Origin: Bugula neritina
Lineage: Eukaryota; Animalia; Bryozoa
DNA length: 64,000 nucleotides
NCBI GenBank assembly: GCA_964035545.1
Contig: OZ037771.1
Span: 15,595,289 to 15,659,288 of the forward strand
Direction: 5' to 3'
Shown: positions 53,101 to 64,000 of the stretch, piece by piece
Layout: every line of letters starts with the position of its first letter
Numbering within the stretch: the first letter of the stretch is position 1
Made by a program: the position numbers and the translations under genes
The notes under the pieces: model-generated
What the model saw: the letters and a program-made list of their open reading frames with translations, nothing else
Told to the model about the DNA's origin: nothing
Databases searched by the model: none

Positions 53101-56100
53101 TGGGGAGGAGTTAGTGGTGTGTTTAGGGAGGAGTTAGTTGTGTGTTTAGGGAGGAGTTAGTAGTGTGTTTGGGGAAGAGTTAGTGGTGTGTTTAGGGAGG
53201 AGTTAGTAGTGTGTTTAGGGAGGAGTTAGTTGTGTGTTTAGGGAGGAGTTAGTAGTGTGTTTGGGGAGGAGTTAGTAGTGTGTTTGGGGAGGAGTTAGTA
53301 GTGTGTTTGGGGAGGAGTTAGTAGTGTGTTTAGGGAGGAGTTAGTAGTGTGTTTAGGGAGGAGTTAGTTGTGTGTTTAGGGAGGAGTTAGTAGTGTGTTT
53401 GGGGAGGAGTTAGTAGTGTGTTTGGGGAGGAGTTAGCAGTGTGTTTAGGGAGGAGTTAGCAGTGTGTTTAGGGAGGAGTTTACATGAACTGCATCTTGCA
53501 GGTGCAACCACTTTTTGAGTCCTCAGAAGCAAAGAACAAGCTGCTGCGTACAGTTGCAGGAGGTGGTGTGACCCAGATTTCCGACCTACATTCAAAATGG
53601 GACAAGTTTGAGCTGATGATGCAGAGTTTCCAGCTGATGGTGAAGGAACAGGTGGGGGGACAACTCTATAAGTTATTCTATAATATAATATGAGTGTATC
53701 TACTATATACTATATAATATAATATAATATGAGAGTATATACTATATACTATATAATATAATATAATATGAGTGTATCTACTATATACTATATAATATAA
53801 TATAATATGAGAGTATATACTATATACTATATAATATAATATAATATAATATGAGAGTATATACTATATACTATACTATATAATATAATATGAGAGTATC
53901 TACTCTATACTATATAATATAATATAATATGAGAGTATCTACTCTATACTATATTATATAATATGAGAGTATATACTATATACTATACTATATAATATAA
54001 TATGAGACTATATACTATACAATATAATGTAATATGAGAGTTTATACTATATACTATACTATACAATATAATATAATATGAGAGTATATACTCTATACTA
54101 TATTGAAGGTTGAAGTAATGAAGAGCAATGTTGAAGCTCGTAAAGCTGCCTTTGAGCAAGAGTTGGCCAAGTTCGCTGCCAGATGGCATCAGCTAAAACC
54201 AGGAAATGACATCCTCGAGTCTGGAGACAGAGACAGGTGTCAGCAGGCGGCGGCAGCAATCAGAGAGAGGAAGCAGGAGTTTGCTGACCTGGATGGTACT
54301 AGGGCTAAGATAGTGTGAGTAATACATGGTACTAGGGCTAAGATAGTGTGAGTAATACAAGGTACTAGGGCTAAGATAGTGTGAGTAATACATGGTACTA
54401 GGGCTAAGATAGTGTGAGTAATACATGGTACTAGGGCTAAGATAGTGTGAGTAATACATGGTACTAGGGCTAAGATAGTGTGAGTAATACATGGTACTAG
54501 GGCTAAGATAGTGTGAGTAATACATGGTACTAGGGCTAAGATAGTGTGAGTAATACAAGGTACTAGGGCTAAGATAGTGTGAGTAATACAAGGTACTAGG
54601 GCTAAGATAGTGTGAGTAATACATGGTACTAGGGCTAAGATAGTGTGAGTAATACAAGGTACTAGGGCTAAGATAGTGTGAGTGATACATGGTACTAGGG
54701 CTAAGATAGTGTGAGTAATACATGGTACTAGGGCTAAGATAGTGTGAGTAATACATGGTACTAGGGCTAAGATAGTGTGAGTAATACATGGTACTAGGGC
54801 TAAGATAGTGTGAGTAATACATGGTACTAGGGCTAAGATAGTGTGAGTAATACAAGGTACTAGGGCTAAGATAGTGTGAGTAATACAAGGTACTAGGGCT
54901 AAGATAGTGTGAGTAATACATGGTACTAGGGCTAAGATAGTGTGAGTAATACATGGTACTAGGGCTAAGATAGTGTGAGTAATACATGGTACTAGGGCTA
55001 AGATAGTGTGAGTAATACAAGGTACTAGGGCTAAGATAGTGTGAGTAATACATGGTACTAGGGCTAAGATAGTGTGAGTAATACATGGTACTAGGGCTAA
55101 GATAGTGTGAGTAATACATGGTACTAGGGCTAAGATAGTGTGAGTAATACAAGGTACTAGGGCTAAGATAGTGTGAGTAATACAAGGTACTAGGGCTAAG
55201 ATAGTGTGAGTAATACAAGGTACTAGGGCTAGGATAGTGTGAGTAATACATGGTACTAGGGCTAAGATAGTGTGAGTAATACAAGGTACTAGGGCTAAGA
55301 TAGTGTGAGTAACACATGGTACTAGGGCTAAGATAGTGTGAGTAATACATGGTACTAGGGCTAAGATAGTGTGAGTAATACAAGGTACTAGGGCTAAGAT
55401 AGTGTGAGTAATACAAGGTACTAGGGCTAAGATAGTGTGAGTGATACATGGTACTAGGGCTAAGATAGTGTGAGTAATACATGGTACTAGGGCTAAGATA
55501 GTGTGAGTAATACATGGTACTAGGGCTAAGATAGTGTGAGTAATACATGGTACTAGGGCTAAGATAGTGTGAGTAATACAAGGTACTAGGGCTAAGATAG
55601 TGTGAGTAATACAAGGTACTAGGGCTAAGATAGTGTGAGTAATACATGGTACTAGGGCTAAGATAGTGTGAGTAATACATGGTACTAGGGCTAAGATAGT
55701 GTGAGTAATACAAGGTACTAGGGCTAAGATAGTGTGAGTAATACATGGTACTAGAGCTAAGATAGTGTGAGTAACACATGGTACTAGGGCTAAGATAGTG
55801 TGAGTAATACAAGGTACTAGGGCTAAGATAGTGTGAGTAATACAAGGTACTAGGGCTAAGATAGTGTGAGTAATACATGGTACTAGGGCTAAGATAGTGT
55901 GAGTAATACAAGGTACTAGGGCTAAGATAGTGTGAGTAATACATGGTACTAGGGCTAAGATAGTGTGAGTAATACATGGTACTAGGGCTAAGATAGTGTG
56001 AGTAATACAAGGTACTAGGGCTAAGATAGTGTGAGTAATACATGGTACTAGGGCTAAGATAGTGTGAGTAATACATGGTACTAGGGCTAAGATAGTGTGA

Positions 56101-59100
56101 GTAATACAAGGTACTAGGGCTAAGATAGTGTGAGTAATACATGGTACTAGGGCTAAGATAGTGTGAGTAATACAAGGTACTAGGGCTAAGATAGTGTGAG
56201 TGATACAAGGTACTAGGGCTAAGATAGTGTGAGTAATACATGGTACTAATACTCCCAGGGCTGACTGCGAACACTTTGAAATGGATATCCCAGAGTTCCT
56301 GGAAGCTGATGAGTTGAGGACAGATCTGAATGCGTTTGAGACGATGTGGTCCATGTATGAGGAGTTTGACTCGGGACTCAGTAGTCTGGCAAAGGAGGAC
56401 TGGATTTCATTCAGGTATGTTGTGTTATATGTCGTCATGTAATGAGCTATGATGTCACTTAATAAAATGAGTTGTGACGTCACGTAATGTAGTGAGCTGT
56501 GACGTCACGTAATGTAATGAGCTGTGACGTCACGTAATGTAATGAGTTGTGATGTCACGTAATGTAATGAGCTATGATGTCACGTAATGTAATGAGCTGT
56601 GACGTCACATAATGTAAGGTAACGTTGTGTTGGCAGGTCTCGGTATTACACGTTTGAGGAGTACCTGGTTGGTTGGTATGATAAGTTGAAGGAAGGAGAG
56701 AGTAGTACAATGACAGTCTTCTTACAGAAGGAGATTGAGAAGTATAAGGTGTTATATACTACTCTTATATATAATATACTACTCTTATATATAATATACT
56801 ACTCTTATATATAATATACTACTCTTATATATAATATACTACTCTTATATATAATATACTACTCTTATATATAATATACTACTCTTATATATAATATACT
56901 ACTCCTATATATAATATACTACTCTTATATATAATATACTACTCTTATATATAATATACTACTCCTATATATAATATACTACTCTTATATATAATATACT
57001 ACTCTTATATATAATATACTACTCTTATATATAATATACTACTCTTATATACAATACTATATTATCAGCTCTATATATACTATATTATCAGCTCTATATA
57101 TACTATATTATCAGCTCTATATATACTATATTATCAGCTCTATATATACTATATTATCAGCTCTATTTTGTATACTATATTGATTTTCCAGAACGTTCTG
57201 CCAGTTCTAAAGTGGGTGAGAGGAGAGCCTCTGTCCCAAGATCACTGGCTAGATCTATTCAGGCTGGTAGGACTACCCCGAGGCACTGCACTAGAGAAAC
57301 TCACCTTTGGCCACTTGCTGAATGTCCGAGATGCCATAATAGTGAATGCAGTGGCTCTCAAGGTGCATCTCTCTATATTATATCTCTAACTGTTGACTGT
57401 GAGAGTAGAAACACTGACCTCTACTCTCTATTATGTGTTAACAGGAGCTGAACCAGAGAGCTCAGGGAGAAGTGACTATCAGAGAAGCTCTGAGAGAACT
57501 AGACCTGTGGGGAGGGGGCGCTGTGTTCACCCTCACCGACTATGAAGACAGTCAGAAGAGCAAGCTGAAGCTAATAAAGGACTGGAAGGAGGTGGTGAAC
57601 CAGGTGGGGGACAACCAGAGACTGCTGCAGTCCCTCAAAGACTCCCCCTACTACAAGGCGTTTGAGGACAAAGCCGGCCTCTGGGAGAAGCGACTCGCTG
57701 ACCTAGACGAGTTCCTCATGAATCTCAACCAGGTGCAGAGGAAGTGGGTTTACCTTGAGCCCATATTTGGTAGGGGAGCTCTACCTAAGGAGCAGGGCCG
57801 CTTCAGACGCGTAGACGATGACTACAGGTATGTAAATTCTCAGCTAGTAGCTGGAGGTGTTTATAGAACCACTCTTTGTTTATAGAACTACTCTCTGTGT
57901 TTATAGAACTATTCTCTGTGTTTATAGAACTCTCTTCTGTATTTATAGAACTATTCTCTGTGTTTATAGAACTATTCTCTGCGTTTATAGAACTATTCTC
58001 TGTGTTTATAGAACTCTCTTTTGTGTTTATAGAACTATTCTCTGTATTTATAGAACTATTCTCTGTATTTATAGAACTATTGTCTGTATTTATAGAACTG
58101 TTCTCTGTGTTTATAGAATTATTCTCTCTTTTTATAGGAACATCATGAGAGACATAGCTCGTGATAATCGGCTTCTAACATTTGTTAGTAAAAGTGGGTT
58201 GAAGAACGCCCTTACCACAATGTTGGACCAGTTACACAGATGCCAGAAGTCACTAAACGAGTTTTTGGAGGTGACTGATTGTATTATGCTACAATTTACT
58301 TAGTGTTTGGATTAACTGAGTACAGAGTACTTGACTGAGTACAGAGTACTTGACTGAGTACAGACTACTTGACTGAGTACAGAGTACTTGACTGAGTACA
58401 GAGTACCTGACTGAGTACAGAGTACTTGACTGAGTACAGAGCACTTGACTGAGTACAGAGTACCTGACTGAGTACAGAGTACTTGACTGAGTACAGAGTA
58501 CTTGACTGAGTACACAGAAGTGATGATTGTGTTACAGGAAAAGCGATCTCTCTTCCCAAGGTTCTATTTTATTGGTGATGATGATTTGTTAGAGATACTT
58601 GGTCAAGCTACTAATCCCAGCGTCATTCAAACTCACCTGAAGAAGCTATTTGCGGGGATTCACAGGTATGTGTGATATGCTTATAGTGTGATATGCTTAT
58701 AGTGTGATATGCTTATAGTGTGGTATACTTATAGTGTGGTATGCTTATAGTGTGATATGCTTATAGTGTGGTATGCTTATAGTGTGGTATGTTTATAGTG
58801 TGATATGCTTATAGTGTGGTATGCTTATAGTGTGATAGGCTTATAGTGTGATATGCTTATAGTGTGATATGCTTATAATGTGGTATACTATGTTTGAGTA
58901 CAAGTGACTGTTAAATATTTCTCTGTTAAACTACCACTAAATACACAGTATTGTTTCAGTGTGCAATTTGATGAGGGAAACCATCATATTATGGCAATGA
59001 AGTCTTTAGAAGGAGAGGTTGTGCCTCTGAAGGCAAAAGTACAGATAACTCCTGATGTAGAGGTGTGTATATAGTAGAGACAACTCCTGATGTAGAGGTG

Positions 59101-61688
59101 TGTATGTAGTAGAGATAACTCTTGATGTAGAGGTGTGTATATAGTAAAGACAACTCCTGATGTAGAGGCGTGTATGTAGTAGAGACAACTCCTGATGTAG
59201 AGGTGTGTATGTAGTAGAAACAACTCCTGATGTAGAGGTGTGTATGTAGTAGAGACAACTCCTGATGTAGAGGTGTGTATGTAGTAGAGATAACTCCTGA
59301 TGTAGAGGTGTGTATGTAGTAGAGACAACTCCTGATGTAGAGGTGTGTATATAGTAGAGATAACTCCTGATGTAGAGGTGTGTATGTAGTAGAGACAACT
59401 CCTGATGTAGAGGTGTGTATGTAGTAGAGACAACTCCTGATGTAGAGGTGTGTATGTAGTAGAGACAACTCCTGATGTAGAGGTGTGTATGTAGTAGAGA
59501 CAACTCCTGATGTAGAGGTGTGTATATAGTAGAGACAACTCCTGATGTAGAGGTGTGTATGTAGTAGAGACAACTCCGGATGTAGAGGTGTGTATGTAGT
59601 AGAGACAACTCCTGATGTAGAGGTGTGTATGTAGTAGAGACAACTCCTGATGTAGAGGTGTGTATATAGTAGAGACAACTCCTGATGTAGAGGTGTGTAT
59701 ATAGTAGAGACAACTCCTGATGTAGAGGTGTGTATGTAGTAGAGACAACTCCTGATGTAGAGGTGTGTATGTAGTAGAGACAACTCCTGATGTAGAGGTG
59801 TGTATATAGTAGAGACAACTCCTGATGTAGAGGTGTGTATGTAGTAGAGACAACTCCTGATGTAGAGGTGTGTATGTAGTAGAGACAACTCCTGATGTAG
59901 AGGTGTGTATGTAGTAGAGACAACTCCTGATGTAGAGGTGTGTATGTAGTAGAGACAACTCCTGATGTAGAGGTGTGTATGTAGTAGAGACAACTCCTGA
60001 TGTAGAGGTGTGTATGTAGTAGAGACAACTCCTGATGTAGAGGTGTGTATGTAGTAGAGACAACTCCTGATGTAGAGGTGTGTATATAGTAGAGACAACT
60101 CCTGATGTAGAGGTGTGTATGTAGTAGAGACAACTCCTGATGTAGAGGTGTGTATGTAGTAGAGACAACTCCTGATGTAGAGGTGTGTATGTAGTAGAGA
60201 CAACTCCTGATGTAGAGGTGTGTATGTAGTAGAGACAACTCCTGATGTAGAGGTGTGTATGTAGTAGAGACAACTCCTGATGTAGAGGTGTGTATATAGT
60301 AGAGACAACTCCTGATGTAGAGGTGTGTATGTAGTAGAGACAACTCCTGATGTAGAGGTGTGTATGTAGTAGAGACAACTCCTGATGTAGAGGTGTGTAT
60401 GTAGTAGAGACAACTCCTGATGTAGAGGTGTGTATGTAGTAGAGACAACTCCTGATGTAGAGGTGTGTATGTAGTAGAGACAACTCCTGATGTAGAGGTG
60501 TGTATGTAGTAGAGACAACTCCTGATGTAGAGGTGTGTATGTAGTAGAGACAACTCCTGATGTAGAGGTGTGTATATAGTAGAGACAACTCCTGATGTAG
60601 AGGTGTGTATGTAGTAGAGACAACTCCTGATGTAGAGGTGTGTATGTAGTAGAGACAACTCCTGATGTAGAGGTGTGTATGTAGTAGAGACAACTCCTGA
60701 TGTAGAGGTGTGTATGTAGTAGAGACAACTCCTGATGTAGAGGTGTGTATGTAGTAGAGACAACTCCTGATGTAGAGGTGTGTATGTAGTAGAGACAACT
60801 CCTGATGTAGAGGTGTGTATGTAGTAGAGACAACTCCTGATGTAGAGGTGTGTATGTAGTAGAGACAACTCCTGATGTATGCAGGTTTGGCTGAGTGCGT
60901 TGGCCTCTGAAATGAAGAACACGCTGCAACATCTGCTCCGGGAGTGTCTGGCCGAGTCAAGTAAAGGATCTGGCCTTGACCCTGTCAAGTATCCTTCTCA
61001 AATACTTGGCCTGGCTGAGCAGGTCCTCTTCACTTCACAGTGTGAGGAAGCTATTGCTAGCAACTCCCTCCAACAGCTGAAGTTTGAGATGGAGCAGAAG
61101 CTAGAGGCGTACACATCTGGTGAGTGTTGAATTACATGCAACTCTCTCTGTGTCCAGTATACTGATAGCTTGTGCTCCAGCTTTGTGTACAGAAACTGTT
61201 CATATTGTGTTTCAGCCGATGTTAGTGGAAACCACGTGCTGGAGTTGAAGCTAAAGGCGCTCATCCTCGACCAAATACATGCTATTGATGTCATTGATCA
61301 GATAATGAATGAAGGAGTGACTAGAAGTGATCAGTGGGAGTGGAACAAGCAGTTGAGGTGAGAAACCGGGGAGGGGGAGTGGAATAAACAGCTGAGGTGA
61401 GTAACCAGGGAGGGGGAGTGGAATAAACAGCTGAGGTGAGTAACCGGGGAGTGGAATAAACAGCTGAGGTGAGTAACCAGGGAGGGGAGTAGAATAAACA
61501 GCTGAGGCACTGCTACTTGTATTCCAGGTTCTACATGGACAAGAATAAGAACTGTGTAATGAGGATGGTGGATGCAGAGTTTAATTACACCTACGAGTAT
61601 CAGGGAAATGCAGCTAAACTTGTACACACTCCTCTAACAGATAAATGCTATTTGACCTTGACACAAGGTACGTCATTTCCACCGATTT

Positions 61689-61719
<31 letters not shown>

Positions 61720-61761
61720 GCTACTGCTACTGCTACCGCTACAGCTACCGCTACCGCCACC

Positions 61762-61795
<34 letters not shown>

Positions 61796-61921
61796 GTACT
61801 ACTAGTACTACTAGTACTACTACTACTACTGCTGCTACTACTGCTACTGCTACTGCTACTGCTACTGCTACTGCTACTGCTACTACTACTACTAGTACTA
61901 CAACTAATTTTAATACTAATT

Positions 61922-61971
<50 letters not shown>

Positions 61972-62877
61972 GGTAGGCATGCACATGGGTCTAGGAGGAA
62001 ACCCATATGGACCTGCTGGAACTGGCAAAACAGAGTCTGTGAAGGCGCTGGGAGGTCTGTTTGGCAGGCAGGTGCTGGTGTTCAACTGTGACGAGGGGAT
62101 AGACGTGAAATCTATGGGCAGGATATTCATCGGTTTGGTTAAGTGTGGCGCCTGGGGCTGCTTTGACGAGTTCAACAGACTGGAGGAAGCCGTGCTGTCG
62201 GCTGTCTCCATGCAAATTCAAGTCATACAGGACGCCATTAAGAGGAAGGCACCAACTGCAGAGCTTCTCAGCAGAACGGTAGGTGTTATCTGTAGAGCTT
62301 CTCAACAGAACAGTAGGTGTTATCTGTAGAATATCACAGTACTATGCTAGGTGTTATCTGTAGAATATCACAGTACTATGCTAGGTGTTATCTGTAGAAT
62401 ATCACAGTACTATGCTAGGTGTTATCTGTAGAATATCACAGTACTATGCTAGGTGTTATCTGTAGAGTATCACAGTACTATGCTAGGTGTTATCTGTAGA
62501 GTATCACAGTACTATGCTAGGTGTTATCTGTAGAGTATCACAGTACTATGCTAGGTGTTATCTGTAGAGTATCACAGTACTATGCTAGGTGTTATCTGTA
62601 GAGCACCACAGTACTACGCCAGGTGTTATCTGTAGAGTATATTATATTTACAGGTGGATATTGATCCCAACTCTGGTATTTTCATAACCATGAATCCAGC
62701 TGGTAAGGGATACGGTGGGCGTCAGAAACTGCCCGACAACTTGAAGCAGTTGTTTAGACCGGTGGCCATGTCTAAACCAGACAATGAGTTGATCGCTGAA
62801 GTCATTCTCTTCTCTGAAGGTTTCAAATCAGCTAAAGAGCTCGGCAGGAAGCTGGTAGCCATATTTAATCTAAGCAA
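44166..62877 (+). CDS. DYNC2H1: Cytoplasmic dynein-2 heavy chain 1 (retrograde IFT dynein), N-terminal tail through AAA1; continues beyond the window
   Basis: 29 phase-consistent exons: 44166-44366, 44460-44627, 44835-44964, 45970-46233, 46397-46629, 46965-47213, 47771-47995, 48498-48673, 48784-48979, 49404-49512, 50121-50428, 50691-50770, 51486-51711, 52352-52479, 52619-52862, 53502-53651, 54109-54314, 56259-56414, 56637-56748, 57192-57362, 57445-57827, 58138-58270, 58538-58665, 58960-59062, 60885-61119, 61216-61357, 61528-61667, 61977-62278, 62654-62877. Motifs [64 protein letters not shown], Walker [10 protein letters not shown], Walker [32 protein letters not shown]. Confidence 0.97.
44986..45508. 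repeat. 16-bp minisatellite x~32 (tcactcagtctgacta)
   Basis: Direct reading. Confidence 0.93.
47233..47710. repeat. 17-bp minisatellite (gacacctgtcacttctt)n
   Basis: Direct reading. Confidence 0.92.
49015..49372. repeat. 18-bp minisatellite (gacagctagtagatatag)n
   Basis: Direct reading. Confidence 0.9.
49515..50045. repeat. AT-rich 24-bp minisatellite (tagcatataatataatacatatac)n
   Basis: Direct reading. Confidence 0.92.
50787..51468. repeat. 21-bp minisatellite (acactgtagtgagtgtagtat)n
   Basis: Direct reading. Confidence 0.93.
52941..53481. repeat. 22-bp minisatellite (agggaggagttagtagtgtgtt)n
   Basis: Direct reading. Confidence 0.92.
54294..56248 (+). repeat. 33-bp unit x~59 = last 20 nt of DYNC2H1 exon 17 plus donor
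   Basis: (GGTACTAGGGCTAAGATAGT|gtgagtaataca[ta])n; spans essentially all of intron 54315-56258. Confidence 0.97.
57857..58137 (+). repeat. 21-bp unit x~13 ending in the acceptor of exon 22
   Basis: (gtttatag aactattctctgt)n; the last copy is ttttatag|GAAC. Confidence 0.9.
59043..60879 (+). repeat. 35-bp unit x~52 = end of DYNC2H1 exon 24 plus donor
   Basis: (AGA[TC]AACTCCTGATGTAGAG|gtgtgtatgtagtag)n; spans essentially all of intron 59063-60884. Confidence 0.97.
61336..61507 (+). repeat. ~33-39-bp unit x~5 = end of exon 26 plus donor
   Basis: GGGAGTGGAA[CT]AA[GA]CAG[TC]TGAG|gtgag[at] repeated. Confidence 0.88.
61689..61971. repeat. Compound trinucleotide microsatellite (CTA/CTG/CCA)n
   Basis: Direct reading; inside the 309-nt intron 61668-61976. 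Confidence 0.93.
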
Positions 62878-62916
62878 GTACGTCTCTATTCATACTCCAA
62901 ACCCCCCCCCCGTCCC

Positions 62917-64000
62917 CTCATCATACTCCCCCGTCTCCTCATCATACTCTCCTGTCTCCTCATCATACTCTCCTGTCTCCTCATCATACTCTCCTGTCTC
63001 CTCATCATACTCCCCTGTCTCCTCATCATACTCCCCTGTCTCCTCATCATACTCTCCTGTCTCCTCATCATACTCTCCTGTCTCCTCATCATACTCTCCT
63101 GTCTCCTCATCATACTCCCCTGTCTCCTCATCATACTCCCCTGTCTCCTCATCATACTCCCCTGTCTCCTCATCATACTCTCCTCATCATACTCTCCTCA
63201 TCATACTCTCCTGTCTCCTCATCATACTCTCCTGTCTCCTCATCATACTCTCCTGTCTCCTCATCATACTCCCCTGTCTCCTCATCATACTCCCCTGTCT
63301 CCTCATCATACTCTCCTGTCTCCTCATCATACTCTCCTGTCTCCTCATCATACTCTCCTGTCTCCTCATCATACTCTCCTGTCTCCTCATCATACTCTCC
63401 TGTCTCCTCATCATACTCCCCTGTCTCCTCATCATACTCCCCTGTCTCCTCATCATACTCCCCTGTCTCCTCATCATACTCTCCTCATCATACTCTCCTC
63501 ATCATACTCTCCTGTCTCCTCATCATACTCTCCTGTCTCCTCATCATACTCCCCTGTCTCCTCATCATACTCCCCTGTCTCCTCATCATACTCTCCTGTC
63601 TCCTCATCATACTCCCCTCATCATACTCTCCTGTCTCCTCATCATACTCTCCTGTCTCCTCATCATACTCCCCTGTCTCCTCATCATACTCCCCTGTCTC
63701 CTCATCATACTCTCCTGTCTCCTCATCATACTCCCCTCATCATACTCTCCTGTCTCCTCATCATACTCTCCTGTCTCCTCATCATACTCCCCTGTCTCCT
63801 CATCATACTCTCCTGTCTCCTCATCATACTCTCCTGTCTCCTCATCATACTCTCCTGTCTCCTCATCATACTTCCCTGTCCCCTCATCATACTCTCCTGT
63901 CTCCTCATCATACTCCCCTGTCTCCTCATCATACTCTCCTGTCTCCTCATCATACTCTCCTCATCATACTCTCCTGTCTCCTCATCATACTCTCCTGTCT
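62917..64000. repeat. 21-bp pyrimidine-rich minisatellite (ctcatcatactc[tc]cctgtctc)n, truncated by the window edge
   Basis: Direct reading. Confidence 0.95.

Noticed and set aside
54193-56483. 693-aa and 747-aa minus-strand ORFs
   Set aside because: Translations of the 33-bp intronic array, antisense to DYNC2H1; no domain content.
58984-60988. Three ~650-aa minus-strand ORFs
   Set aside because: The 35-bp array is stop-free on the minus strand in all frames; a repeat artefact.

Overview
Eukaryotic, intron-rich, AT-rich animal (invertebrate-looking) genomic DNA; it is not prokaryotic and has no CRISPR array. By reading splice sites and checking exon phases by hand I reconstruct five spliced genes. 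(1) An LMO7/LIMCH1-family gene (CH + PDZ domains; minus strand, 19709 down to 2614, running off the left edge). (2) PPME1 (plus, 22601-26343, 11 exons, ~377 aa). (3) An unnamed ~1411-aa single-pass membrane protein with signal peptide, EGF modules and a repetitive cytoplasmic tail (minus, 38126-26641, ~21 exons). (4) A DCUN1D4/5-type DCN1-like gene (minus, 42097-38735, 7 exons, ~245 aa). (5) The first 29 exons of DYNC2H1 (plus, from 44166, running off the right edge). Also present: a tRNA-Thr-derived SINE, a MITE with a target-site duplication, two degenerate TIR elements and a ~1 kb (AC)n. The most striking property is that most introns are filled by their own private minisatellite. In more than a dozen cases the repeat unit is a copy of the exon/intron junction itself, giving up to ~59 tandem decoy donor or acceptor sites. 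Most decoys carry an in-frame stop or frameshift, but a few are in frame and stop-free. Nearly all long ORFs in the supplied track are artefacts of these repeats. All coordinates and copy numbers are hand-derived, and no database search was run.
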